From assembly GCA_951406725.2 (NCBI GenBank), contig OX597824.1:41044001-41108000 (forward strand): a stretch of 64,000 bases of DNA, written 5' to 3'. Below are positions 52,077-64,000 of the stretch, one piece after another. The notes under the pieces are model-generated. The model had not been told where the DNA came from and did not search any database. It was given only the letters and a program-made list of their open reading frames with translations. This stretch comes from Octopus vulgaris (taxonomy: Eukaryota). Within the stretch, counting starts at the first letter, position 1. The number at the start of each line of letters is the position of its first letter. A program made the translations under genes and the position numbers.

Positions 52077-54562
52077 TGGTTGTCTACTCCTTATGCAGAG
52101 TCTGACCACCATTTGTATTTACACCTTAGATGCATCATAGCATCTGATGTGGCTTTTTAAACCAGGCAATATATTAAAAAGACACCTGTAACTTAGCAGT
52201 TTGACAAAAGTGACTGATAGAATAAGTACCAGGCCTAAAAAAAATAAGTCCTGGTGTCATTTTGTTTGACTAAAACCCTTCAAGGCATTGATCCAGTATG
52301 GCCACAGTCAAATGACTGATACAAGTAAAAGAAAATATAAATATATGGCAGGCTTTTTTCAGTTTCTGTCTACCAAATACAATGACAAGGCTTTGGTCAG
52401 CCCAAGGCTATAGTAAAAAGAAAACCCCACTTTACCAAGGTGCCACACAGTGAGACTGAACCCAGAAACATGTGGTTGGGAAGCAATCTTCTTACCACAC
52501 AGCCATACCTGCACCTATATATATGTATAAGATAATTCTTACAAGGAAGAGGATGACAGTAATTTCAAAGTATTGCCTTGCTCACTGTCATCTCTCTCTC
52601 TCTCATACACACACAAACACACACACACACACACATAGAAAGAGAGAAATTTTTGTTTTGATAATTTTGAATGAATTTTTGATTGCTTAGTTGGAGAATG
52701 GCTTTGCTTTCTTTTCAGTTCTTTTACATTACTGGTTGTTGTTTTTTCTTTTCTTTTCTCTTTCTTTCACTCCTATGTTATTCTTCCTCATTTTTTGTGC
52801 ATGTCTGTATATATAAATGGGGGATGGTTGATAAACAAGAAGAGCCCTCGTATATCTTAGAAGTGTGTGTCTTTGTATATATGTGATTATCATTACTCAA
52901 CTTCAAAGAAAGTCTTCAGATGGGTCGTTTTGGTTTCTGATGTATCTTTTTGCTTTTGGCGTCTTTAATAGCTTTGTTTCACATTGTGCTTGTTAATACT
53001 TTTGGCTCACTTGGTCTTGGAACTTGAAAAAAATAATTTAAAGATTTAGCCTAAAAATTTTCATTTTATGTTTTGGAATTTGTGGCTCACTGGAGATCAA
53101 AAAACAACAAAAAAAAACCCCCGAATTACTTGCACACTTTGCATGCAAAGTTTAATAAAAAGTTCTATAATTGAATATTTAGGAAAACCTTGAAAAAATT
53201 ATATCATTACCTTGTTTTATAAATCATATTTCTCTTTAGGAAAAACAAAACAAAAACAAACAAACAGTATGAATAATATGGTTTTTCAAATCATTTGAAC
53301 ATTAGTATTGATTTTCTGAAGTCTTAAATCTATCATTGTCAACATTGTCTTAGCATCCACTTCTTCGGTGAACTGGAAACAAATGGTACTGTTTAAATGA
53401 ACCTTTTGTTTACAGAGATTGTGCAACATGTCAAGACATGTCGAGAAATCTGAACATGCTTTCATGTTTGACTGCAAGCAGAGGACACAGCTGTGTCTAC
53501 AATGGAATAATTGTTTACAGTCAGTGAACATAGATGAAGATAAGGGGGGAAATATGAACGTGTTCACTAAATATGTACAATACCACACATATATTCATAT
53601 CTATAAAGGCTGCTCTAGTTCCTTTCTACCATTTTCACTTACAAGGTATTGGTCAACTTGTGGCTAAAGTATAGACTGCTGACCAAAAAACTGCTATGTG
53701 GTTTTGAATCAAACTTTTTAACCATACAGCCATGCCTTAAATTATATTTTAAAAAATCCATGACACACAAAGATATTCTTTGTGGTGCACCAGTGCACTT
53801 CAGGATACCAATGCACTTCAGTGCACTGTTTGATAATCACTGGCTTAGTTGGAAAATGAAGGTAGGGCTGTCATTATTGGCTGTCACACAGTATTATAGG
53901 CACCTGGGCAATGCAGTGCATTAGTGCCCCTAAATACACAATCATACCCTACATTGATTAGCATTGGGGTCTCCTGAACCTCTGGCACTCCTGGGAATTT
54001 GCTTAGTGTGCGCATGCCTTGAGATGGTACTGGAGGAAGTGCAGTACCAAGGGTTTTCTAGATTGGTGGTAGGAAAGTGGGAAATAAATTATGACTTATG
54101 ACAACATGCCTAAAGATATTGGAGTTACACTCACACTGAAGTTTTGGTCCTTAGACTTGCAGTCAAGAGAACTATGCTAAATGTACCCAAGAGTTAGATA
54201 CTGGTGTTAAATTGGTTGAACTAATTAACTGTCTCAGCCATGGATGAGTACAGTCTGTGTGATGGCCTTCTGATCATTTTCCATTCACCCAGTTTCATTC
54301 ATGTGACATTGATTGACTAGAAGTGAGGGTTGGCAACAGGAAGAGCATCTGGCTGTAGAAAATTTTCATCACAGAATTCTGTTTGACCCATGCAAGCTTA
54401 GAAAAGTGGATGTTAAAATGATGCTGTGATTGTTGTTGCTATTGTTGATGTTCATAGCTGTTGCTGTTGATTCTCAGGAAGTCAACTCTGAGAAGAACTC
54501 TGATTAAAGATATTTATACCATGACCATCCCATCTTTTTCTTTGGTCATTGTATGTCTAGGA

Positions 54563-54895
54563 AAATGTGAAGGCACATGGCTCAGTGGTTAGAGTGTCGA
54601 GCTTATGATCATTAGGTTGTGAGTTCGATTCTCGGACCGGGCTGTGTTGTCTTCTTGAGCAAGACACCTTATTTCACATTGCTTCAGTTCACTCAGCTGT
54701 AGAAATGAGTTGTGACATCACTGGTGCCAAGCTGTATCGGCCTTTCTCTTGGATAACATCAGTGGCATGGAGAGGGGAGGCCGGTATGCATGGGTGACTG
54801 CTGGTCTTCTATAAACAACCTTGCCTGGACTTGTGCCTTCGAGGGTAACTTTCTAGGTGCAATCCCATGGTCATTCATGACCGAAGGGGGTCTCC
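54563..54895 (+). mobile_element. SINE family D with 13-bp TSD
   Basis: TGTATGTCTAGGA at 54550-54562 and 54896-54908; inserted in a family F copy. Confidence 0.9.
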
Positions 54896-55744
54896 TGTAT
54901 GTCTAGGACTACAATATCCAATGTGTCCTTTGTTTATTTAATTTAATTTTTTTTTTTTAAGATAAGATATGATTTAGTTGCTATGTTTTTGCAGATGAAG
55001 CAACCACTGAAAGGCTCCATCAATCATCAGTGGCTTATGTTACTGCTACTGTTGTTGTTTAGCTCCAGGTCATTCTTAACTGAGCACCTACAGCTAGAAG
55101 TATGTGACCTCATTCTTGAAGGAGATCTAGAATTATATTATCTAATATGTCCTTTCCTGTGTAAGACTATAGGATTTGATTTGAGGGAGATTTGGCTATG
55201 ATTTTCAGCAACTGGAACAGTCATGTAAAGGTTACTTTGTTGGTTCATTGCTTTTGTTTAACCCCAGGCCAACCTCAATTAAGCATGCATATAATGAAAG
55301 GCAATCCACCCTTGATCTTCCTGCCTGTTTTTGTATATATATCAGGGACTACATATCCAATGTTTTCCATTGTCTTTTACTAAAATAGTGGTGAGTGATT
55401 TGAAGAAGATTTTACTGCTATTTCTAGTAAGTTGAGTGAATACATAAAGGTTCTCTTGTTGACTCACTGTTTTGTCTTTGTTGTTGTTGATGATGGTGAT
55501 GTGGTATTTTATGCTCTAGTTTTCATTTGTTAGTATTACCATTGTAATCATAATGCCACCTGTTATTGTTGCAGTATCTGTGGTAAGCATAGCTGTGTAG
55601 TTAAGAATCTTGCTTCCCAACCATGTGGTTTTTGGGGTTTAGTTCCTATGTGTGGCACCTCTGAGCAGGTGTCTTCTGTTATAACCTTAGATGAATATAA
55701 CCTTGGGGATGGATTTGGTAGACAGAAATTGAAAGAAAATTGTT

Positions 55745-56560
55745 AAAACTCTTGATAAAGATGGCCCATGCTTTCACTATATCTGCAGCACATTTTCCAG
55801 TCTGAGCTATAAAAGGATAAACGTGCAGTGTTTGATGAGTCTCAAATGAGAAAATGATGAAAAATGGAACTTTGTGAATTTAATGAATTGCATTGAAGTA
55901 GTTGTGTGGAATTCGTATGTAATAGTTTTAAATGAATTTTGGGCAGCGAGCAAGCAGCCAACTATGCCAAAATAGTTGACATCATGCTGGAGAACTTTCA
56001 GAAATTGGGAACGAATATGAGTATAAAGCTGCATTATCTCTGTCTCTACAGTCAGCTTGGTAAATTCCTGAGCAGGGAGAATGTTTTCACTCAGGAAATA
56101 AAATCAATTGAACAAAGGTTTCAAGACAAGTGGGACTTGCATATGATTGAGAATTGTTGCTGGAATTTGGTATGAGATCTTTCTGAGGTTCAGTACTCAA
56201 AAAAATCATCCAAATGCAAATTCATGGGAAATTAGGCTTAAATAATGATGTAATTTGTCTGTAGAAATTTAAAGTTTTTCAGTAGAATTTGAAGAAAACA
56301 TTCTTGTTTTGAAGAAAAAAAGCAGTTTCTGTGTATGGTTTGTATGTTGTGCCTTGTTCCTCATTAGCTGTTTTATTGAAAAAAACCAAAAAAAAAAACC
56401 CTAACAAAACAATGAAATTCTATGGATCCAGTATCTTAAAATCTTGACATGATAGTAATAAATGGATGTCATTTTCAGATTCTGTGTCAAAACACCCCCA
56501 TTTCAGGTCCAAATTTTTGGACAACAGCATAAAAAAAAAAAAAAAAAATGTTCATTGTGT
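55745..56560 (+). mobile_element. Second Chapaev3-like transposon relic, 3' part
   Basis: DKDGPCFHYICSTF, NYAKIVDIMLENFQKLGTNMSIKLHYL and IEQRFQDKWDLHMIENCCWNL; degraded terminus TGTTCATTGTG. Confidence 0.75.
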
Positions 56561-56989
56561 TATCAACTCCAGCAGGATTAAAGGTGAAGTTAACCCTCAT
56601 GTGATTTGAACTCAGAATGTAAAGAGGAAGAACAAATGCCACAGGGCATTTTTTTTTTCAATACTCTACTGATTCTGCCAATCCAGCATTCTAAAATAAT
56701 TATTTCTAATTTAGGTGCAAAGGCTGCAAATTTTTGAGGGTAAAGGTTAGTCAATTAAATTAACCCCCTGTATTTGATTGGTACTTTTATTTTATTAACT
56801 GTGGAGGGATGAAAGGCAAAATTGGCTTCAGTGAAGTTTGAACTGAGAATATAATGAACTTGAAGAAATTTTGCAGAGTATTTTACCCTGCATTCTAACT
56901 ATTCTGTTATTTCTCTGCTCATAATAATGATGGTGATGATGATAGCGATGATGATGGTGGTGGTGGTGGTGGTGGTGGTGGTGGTGGTG

Positions 56990-59690
56990 GTACGGGGTAC
57001 AACCTCTTCCGTAAGGACCGCACTAACCGCCGTGGTGGTGGTGTGATGGTCTACGTTCGTTCAAATTTTTTGGTAATTCCTTGTGCCGATTTGAACGAAT
57101 CACAAGAAGAAGTTTTTTTCTGTGACGTGCGTATGACCATGTCAACACTCCTGCTTGGCGTTGTTTATCGTCCCCCAAGTTACCATCGGGACACACAGCT
57201 TTGCAATGTCCTCCGAGCTGCTGCCAGGAAAACAGCCACTTATGTGTTTATTGCAGGCGATTTCAATCATCCTGAGATCGATTGGGAGACCTTCCATTGG
57301 CCACAGAGTGCAAACGATTTTGTTGAGCTTGTGCTGGACTCAAACTGGTCACAAGTAGTCACCTCTCCAACAAGAGGCGACAACACCTTGGACCTGCTCT
57401 TCACCACAACTCCTGAAGCGGTTATCAATTGCACTACGGAGGAACCTCTAGGTGACTCTGATCATGCTATGATCATCGCCAATCTGGCTCTTGCGGGCAA
57501 CAAAAACCTGAACCATCTCCAATCTGCTTCCTTCGATTGGAAGAGAGCAGATTGGAACCTGTACCACACTGAACTACAGCACCCAAACTGGCGTGAATTC
57601 TACAACTCTGGAGATGTGAATACTATACTCCAGAGTATCCTGGACTCAATATGGGCAGCATGTGCAGCATCAGTGCCACGTAAACAAAAAAAGAAGAACC
57701 GCCCCAAAAGGGCAATTTGGGAAACTTCAGCGGTCCGACTTGCCAGGAGGGAACGTCGGACTGCTGAACGGGAATACAGGTTGCATAAATCAGACACCAA
57801 CAGGAAGAAGCGGAATAAATCCTCCAACCATCTCAAGCAAGTGACAAAAAAGCAGTGCTTGAATTTGAACAGTGCATAGCAGCCAATCCTGACAGCAAGG
57901 TTTTCTGGAAATATGTGCACTCAAAGCAGAGACCTCACTCTCCAGTGGGCCCTCTTCGCAACCCTCACACAAACCAGATCACTGACGACCCCAAGGAATG
58001 CGCAGAACTCATTGCCGAGTGCTATGCAAACATATTCACTGTTGAAAGTCAAAATGTACCATCTTCACCATCACTAACAGCAAACTCCATAACAACTATG
58101 GAATTTACACCTGCAATGCTGCGACGTCACCTTCAAAATAAGCGCAACTATGCCTCCCCTGGTCTCGATGGAGTTACATACCTGCTTCTCAAACGTGGCA
58201 GGCACTTCCTTTTACACCAGCTTTCTATTTTCTTCCAGTACTGTCTCAACAATGGTGCTACTCCGGAGCAGTGGAAAACTGCCAGTGTCATTCCTCTGTT
58301 CAAAAAGGGCGACCGCACATCACCTGTCAACTATCGCCCAGTCAGTCTCACTAGCTGTATTGCAAAACTGATGGAATCGTGTGTCAGAGAAACACTCTGG
58401 AACTTCTGGAGCTCTCACAGTCTCATCCGACCCTCACAATATGGATTTGTCCCTAACTCCAGCTGCAGTGACCAGCTTGTCGAGTTCCTTGAGGACATTA
58501 CTCAGATTACTGACAGTGGCTCATGGGTGGATGTTGTCTACCTTGACTTTGCTAAGGCTTTCAACTCTGTGCCACACAAAAGGCTTATGGTGAAACTCTC
58601 TGCAATGGGTGTGGGGGATGACCTTTTTAACTGGTTGAAATCCTTCATCCTCAGCCGAAAGGAGGTAGTCACAGTTCTAGGACAGCACTCTACACCATAT
58701 GAGATGTCATCGGGTGTACCACAGGGATCTGTCCTTGGCCCCCTCTTGTTTGTGGCATACATTAACGACATAGATGCCAATTTAAAGAATGCCACAGTAT
58801 TGAAATATGCAGACGACATCAAGCTGTACCTTGAAATCAAGAGGACAGATCCTGATGTCTACAACTCTTTCCTGCAATCAGACCTAGACACAATGCAGCA
58901 ATGGATCACAGACTGGCAACTGAAACTGGCTGTGGACAAGTGTACCACCATGCATTTTGGGAGAAAAACCCTGCGTTCACATACTCCCTCCACAACACTG
59001 ATATCAAGAAATCCTCTTGCGAGCGTGACCTAGGCATCACTGTCAGCAGTGATTTGCGTTGGTCAAAGCATATCTCTAAGATTGTCAGGAAGGCCGAGGG
59101 TGTCTTGGCATCACTCAGCAGGTCTTTTGTTAGCCGCTCTCCAGCCATCTATTTAAAACTGTATACAGCTATGGTACGACCACACTTGGAATTCGCATCA
59201 TCAGTTTGGAACCCCTATCTTGCACAGAACATTGACCTCCTGGAATCTGTCCAGAGACGTGCAACCAAACGCATACCCTCCATCAGACACCTACCATATT
59301 CTGAGCGCCTTGTTTCCCTGGGCATGGATTCACTGAAGCTCCGGCGTTTGGCGACGGACTTGGTAAACACCCACAAAGTTATCAACCACCTCACCAACAA
59401 CAACACTGAACACCTTTTTGATCTCCATGTGTCTAACACACGTGGACATGCCTACAAAGTCAGAAAACAATACAGCTCCCATGACTTTCGGAAACATTTT
59501 TTCACGCTCAGAGTTGCTGAAGCATGGAATAAACTGCCTGCGTCAGTTGTTGACTGCCATGACACTGCATCTTTTAAGGCCCTCATGCTTTCCGAAATCC
59601 GCCGAAACTTCACCTGATTATATATACACTTTAGATGAGTTGTAGTGCACCTGAGCACTGTACACAATTATTATTATTATTATTATAATA
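56990..59690 (+). mobile_element. CR1-type LINE, 5'-truncated within the AP endonuclease domain
   Basis: GC-richer block with ORF2 in three pieces, a short 3' UTR with a stem-loop (59641-59662) and a (TTA)n tail. Confidence 0.92.
56995..59617 (+). pseudogene. LINE ORF2 (APE endonuclease + reverse transcriptase) with two frameshifts
   Basis: APE motifs: GYNLFRKDR..RRGGGV, VYRPP, AGDFN, PTRGDNTLDL, SDH. RT motifs: SPGLDG, NYRPVSLTS, LDFAKAFNSVPH, GVPQGSVLGPLLF, KYADD. C-terminus: ERDLG, LESVQRRATK, TRGH. Frameshifts at about 57850 and 58966. Confidence 0.92.
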
Positions 59691-59734
59691 ATGGGGGACC
59701 TGAGGAAAATATGTTCTATAAATTTTCTTATTTT

Positions 59735-60167
59735 GATCTTTTATCTTTTTTTCAGTCATTTGACTGTGGCCATGCTGAGGCTCCGCTTGGAAGGGTTTTA
59801 GTCAACCAAATTGACCTTATTTATTTAAACCTAGTACTTATTCTATTGGTCTCGTTTTGCTGAACCACTAAGTTACAGGAGACATAAAAGCCCCAACACC
59901 AGTTGTCAAGTGGTGGGTGGGGTGGGGGGACAGACACTGACACAGACACTTACACACAGATCTGCACACACACACACACACACGCATGCATGCACACATA
60001 TATGATGGGCTTCTTTCAGTTTCCATCTATCAAATCCACTCGCAAGGCTTTGGTTAGCCTGAGGCTACAGTAGAAGACACTTGCTGAAGGTGCCATGCAG
60101 TGGGACTGAACCCAGAACCATATGGTTAGGAACCAAGCTTCTTACTACACAGTCATGCCTGTGCCTA
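59735..60167 (-). mobile_element. SINE family A
   Basis: Full length, moderately diverged. Confidence 0.85.
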
Positions 60168-60558
60168 TTTATGAATAAATTTATAGATTTTCATGTCAGC
60201 ATTTGATAATTGTTAAAGATTTTGATGGTCGAACTAGCAATTTTAGGGGAGGAATATGTTGATTACATTGACCCCAATATTTTACTGGGACTATATTTTA
60301 TCAACCCTGGAGAGTTGAAATCAAATTTGATCTTGAAAGAATTTAAACTCAGATTGTAGAGTCAGAAGAAATACTACTAAGCATTTTGTTTGATACACTA
60401 ACAATTCTGCCAACTCAAAGGTTGACAAAAATATCAAGAATGGTACAGGGTGATGATACAGTGTGGAATTATATATGAAGTGTATAAAAATGAAAAATAA
60501 CATTAAAAAAAAATACATGGAATGGATAAGAGACATTAAGATTTTAAAAGTACATACA

Positions 60559-60964
60559 TAGGCACAGGAGTGGCTGTGTGGTAAGTAGCTTGCTTATCAA
60601 CCACATGGTTCTGGGTTCATTCCCACCACGTGGCACCTTGGGCAAGTGTCTTCTACTATAGCCGTGGGCCGACCAAAGCCTTGTGAGTGGATTTGGTTGA
60701 TGGAAACTGAAAGAAGTCCGTTGTATATATGTATATATATATATATATGTGTGTGTGTGTCTGTGTTTGTCCCCCCAACATCGCTTGACAACTGATGGTG
60801 GTGTGTTTATGTTCCCGTAACTTAGCAGTTCGGCAAAAGAGACCGATAGAATAAGTACTAGGCTTACAAAGAATAAGTCCTGGGGTCAATTTGCTTGACT
60901 AAAGGCAGTGCTCCAGCATGGCCACAGTCAAATGACTGAAACAAGTAAAAGAGAGTAAAAGAGA
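60559..60964 (+). mobile_element. SINE family A
   Basis: Full length; inverted relative to the 59735 copy. Confidence 0.9.
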
Positions 60965-62672
60965 ATATTTGCAAGGAATTAAATATTAAAGAAGTACAAT
61001 AAAAACCAATAATTAAAACAGCATATAACTAAAAGGGATAAAACATGAAAAATTACTGGTTACATTGGATTTAGGTATTCCACAAACTTACTCATAAACC
61101 ATGTTTTTGAATTGTGTTCAAGTGCAACCAAATGCACTGCTAAGCATTTTAAAAACATTTAGTGTTGAAAAGACATCAGCATCTTTGATGTATACTTAAG
61201 CTCACTGTATTGTCTTTGTATATTTTTACTAATATTAATACTATGTTTTGCATGTTATTTGTATTCTAAAACTAATAGTTTTTGTGCCATTCTAATTTTT
61301 TTGGAAAGAATGATGAACTTCAGTTCTCTGTCGTCTTCAATTTCTTTGTTATTCTCTTGAGGAGCAATATCACTTGTTTTCAAGAAATTGTTTCTACTCA
61401 CCCATTTTTGTTGTTTTATGTTGAGCATTCTGATTTTGGGATTTCTTTTCCCTTATTTTTATCTTTTGTTTCTTTTATCTCTTTTTTTTTCACTGGCTGT
61501 ATGTAGGTTTTCATCTGCAGCAGTTTCCTCCTCATTGCATTATGATAGAGTGCTACTACTGGTACTCACTGTTAGGGGACAAAGTGTTTGCTCATCTATT
61601 TCTAATACTGGCCATAAAGAGATTTCTCTTGCTATCCCCTAAATTTGGGCTGATAGTGATCTGGAAACTTTTTTAACCTTCCTTTTTGCTGTTTTGATTG
61701 TCATTATTTTTATTTTGCTTTGTTGTAAAAATTGATGAAACATTTCCTAGGAGTGCAGAAGCTTTAGTATATTCTTTTATTATTTTATATATCCTTCAGT
61801 TTTTTTATTTGCTTTTATAAGCTTTTTCTACTGCTTAGTTATTTATTTCCAAAACTGTGTTTTGTTCAAGATCCTTCATATTGCAATATGTATAGTTTGG
61901 GTAATTCATATTTTGTTAGTCTTTATTTATTTCATTCTGCTAGTCTTTTCTTCCATTATCTTTTATTATGCTGCTACATGCAATGTTGCAATGACTTCTG
62001 TTGATACTTTCATTTGGTTCCTTTCTTAAATGCTAGGATTTAAAGGAAGTTTGTTATTGTTTAGTGTTCAGTGGTAACTCCTACACAATAACAAACTTCC
62101 ACTATCAAACCAGAGAAACTGTCTCTATCATCCCTTTCTTACAAACTACACCAGAACAAACATACTTTTCTCCTGTTCTTCAACATCTTAACTCTTCCTA
62201 CTCAACCACTTCTACTCTATGCCTATACTATACCTAATTCACATCACTTCATATACCAAAGGAACATTCTGTTCAAAACTATATAAAGCCAGAAAGAGGA
62301 AAGTAAATCACAGTCTGCTGAAGGCTCGTAAGCTGAAATTTTGAAGCCATCACCCATGTTTTCCTTGTGTGTATGTATACACACACACACACACGCACAT
62401 ATACACACGCATATATATATATGCATGAATACACACACACAAGAAGGGCTTCTTTCAGTTTCTATTTATCTAATTCACTCACAAGGCTTTGATATAGAGA
62501 ATTGTCTGAAGTGTTTTGCATTAGGACTGAATCTAAAACCACACTGCCATGCCTATGCCTTGGCCTTACATGTATGTATGTATATATGTATGGCTTGCTG
62601 GCTAGGGCATGTATGTGTGGTGTGTGTGTGTGTGTGTGTTTATATATATATATATATATACATATATATATC

Positions 62673-62960
62673 TGCATGGCTTAGTGGTTAGGACATTTGA
62701 CTCACAAATATAAGGTCGTGAGTTCAATTCCTAGCAGTGCATTATGTCCTTGAGCAAGATACTTTATTTTATGCTGTTCCTGTCCACTCAGCTGACAAAA
62801 ATGAGTTGTGTCTTAATTCAAAAGGCCAACCTTGTTACATTCTGTGTCACATTGAATCTCCTTAAGAACTATGTTAAGGATATGTGTGTTTGAGGAGTGC
62901 TCAGTCTTTGCACTTTAATTTCATAAGTACGCTGTTCTGTTGATTGGACCAACTAACTGA
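62673..62960 (+). mobile_element. SINE family C
   Basis: Head, CORE-like block and C-type body. Confidence 0.8.
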
Positions 62961-63193
62961 GTGTGAGTTATATATATAGTTATGTTATATTCTGTTAAGA
63001 ATGTAATAGAGTACAGTATAAAGCTTGTCCACCTTCAGATTTCACCCTGTGATAGCCTGTAGTTTTCCAACGGACCTTCAGCAACAACACGTCTCTTAAT
63101 ACACTCAGTGGCTACTACTAACTTCAGGCCACAACAAACAGATAGGATGCACTTGAAGCTGAGAATTTAAATTTATAGAGAAAATATGTCTAT

Positions 63194-63299
63194 ATTGCCT
63201 GAGGAAACACAACTAGATCTCATAATGCAGGGAAATGGTTACATAACCAAATACCTGCAAGTCTGGAGAACTACATTGTGTAGAAACGGTTGTAGTGAT
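63194..63299 (+). ncRNA. Type I hammerhead-ribozyme-like motif with extended helix II
   Basis: Helix I ATTGC/GTGAT, core CTGAGGA (63199-63205), helix II ACACAA/TTGTGT with nested stems, GAAA (63283-63286), helix III AC-GGTT-GT and GUA cleavage triplet; AATAAA at 63304. Confidence 0.6.
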
Positions 63300-63355
63300 T
63301 GCAAATAAATGTCCAACCATACTCTTTCTTGTTGACTGCAACTTATTCAATTGTG

Positions 63356-63401
<46 letters not shown>

Positions 63402-64000
63402 TATAAGTTTGAGGATATATTAACCTCTTAAAGGGATGATTACATCCAAGGAAATACTGCTTCTATACTGTCTTTGGGAAATTTTATTTCCCAAAATCGA
63501 TAGGTATGAAGTGTATAATCTGTATTAAATTAAGAAAAGAAAATGGAGAGTTAGTGGTTAGTATTTATTTATTAATAAATTGATAGTAATTTCTTGCTAC
63601 AGCTGTTTCCATTTATACTCATTGGATAGATTACAAATGTATGCATTAAATTTGCATTTATATATATGTTGGACAAACACGTAGCTTAGCGGTTATGGTG
63701 TTGCACTGATGATTGTAAGATTGATGTTTTGATTCCTGAACCAGGCAATGCATTATGTTTCTAAGGAAAACACTTCATTTCATATTGCTTCAGTCTTCTC
63801 CAGCTGGAAAAGTGAGTAATGAGCAGGTGTCTCATCCAGCCACAAAATCTGGCAAACCGGTCTTATGGGCCTACAGTTCATGAAGGACCTTTGACTCTTT
63901 TGATACATATAAGAATGTGTGTGTGTTACATATATGCGCATACACACACACACACACATGCACTACTTTGTAACTGGTTGCAAAGAAGAGTACTGAATAC

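Noticed and set aside
56921-59693. ATAATAATG on both sides of the CR1 LINE as a possible TSD
   Set aside because: Low complexity, and separated from the 5' junction by about 60 bp of GAT/GGT repeat.
61140-62030. A-rich minus strand resembling decayed coding sequence (LINE ORF1 or transposase)
   Set aside because: No recognisable motif and many stops.

Overview
AT-rich, repeat-saturated animal DNA with no recognisable host protein-coding exon, rRNA or genuine tRNA. It is most likely an intron or intergenic region of a coleoid cephalopod, probably Octopus; this is inferred from the SINE and microsatellite landscape, not from a database match. Contents: five recurring SINE-like families (labelled A-E here) and one unclassified interspersed family (F); a young 5'-truncated CR1-type LINE broken only by two A-run frameshifts; a decayed R4/Dong-type LINE; one mariner and two Chapaev3-like transposase relics; piggyBac-like, hAT-like and foldback MITEs; a non-autonomous Helitron; and mini- and microsatellites. 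Almost all ORFs in the supplied track are repeat artefacts. The most notable signal is a set of type I hammerhead-ribozyme-like motifs, several with an unusually long helix II (best copy 63194-63309), plausibly relics of Penelope-like or retrozyme-like elements. Other points of interest are SINE arrays strung along (TAA)n, a SINE-in-MITE composite present twice, and inverted SINE pairs that could be ADAR substrates. Repeat boundaries were read by eye and are approximate (about +/-10-20 bp).
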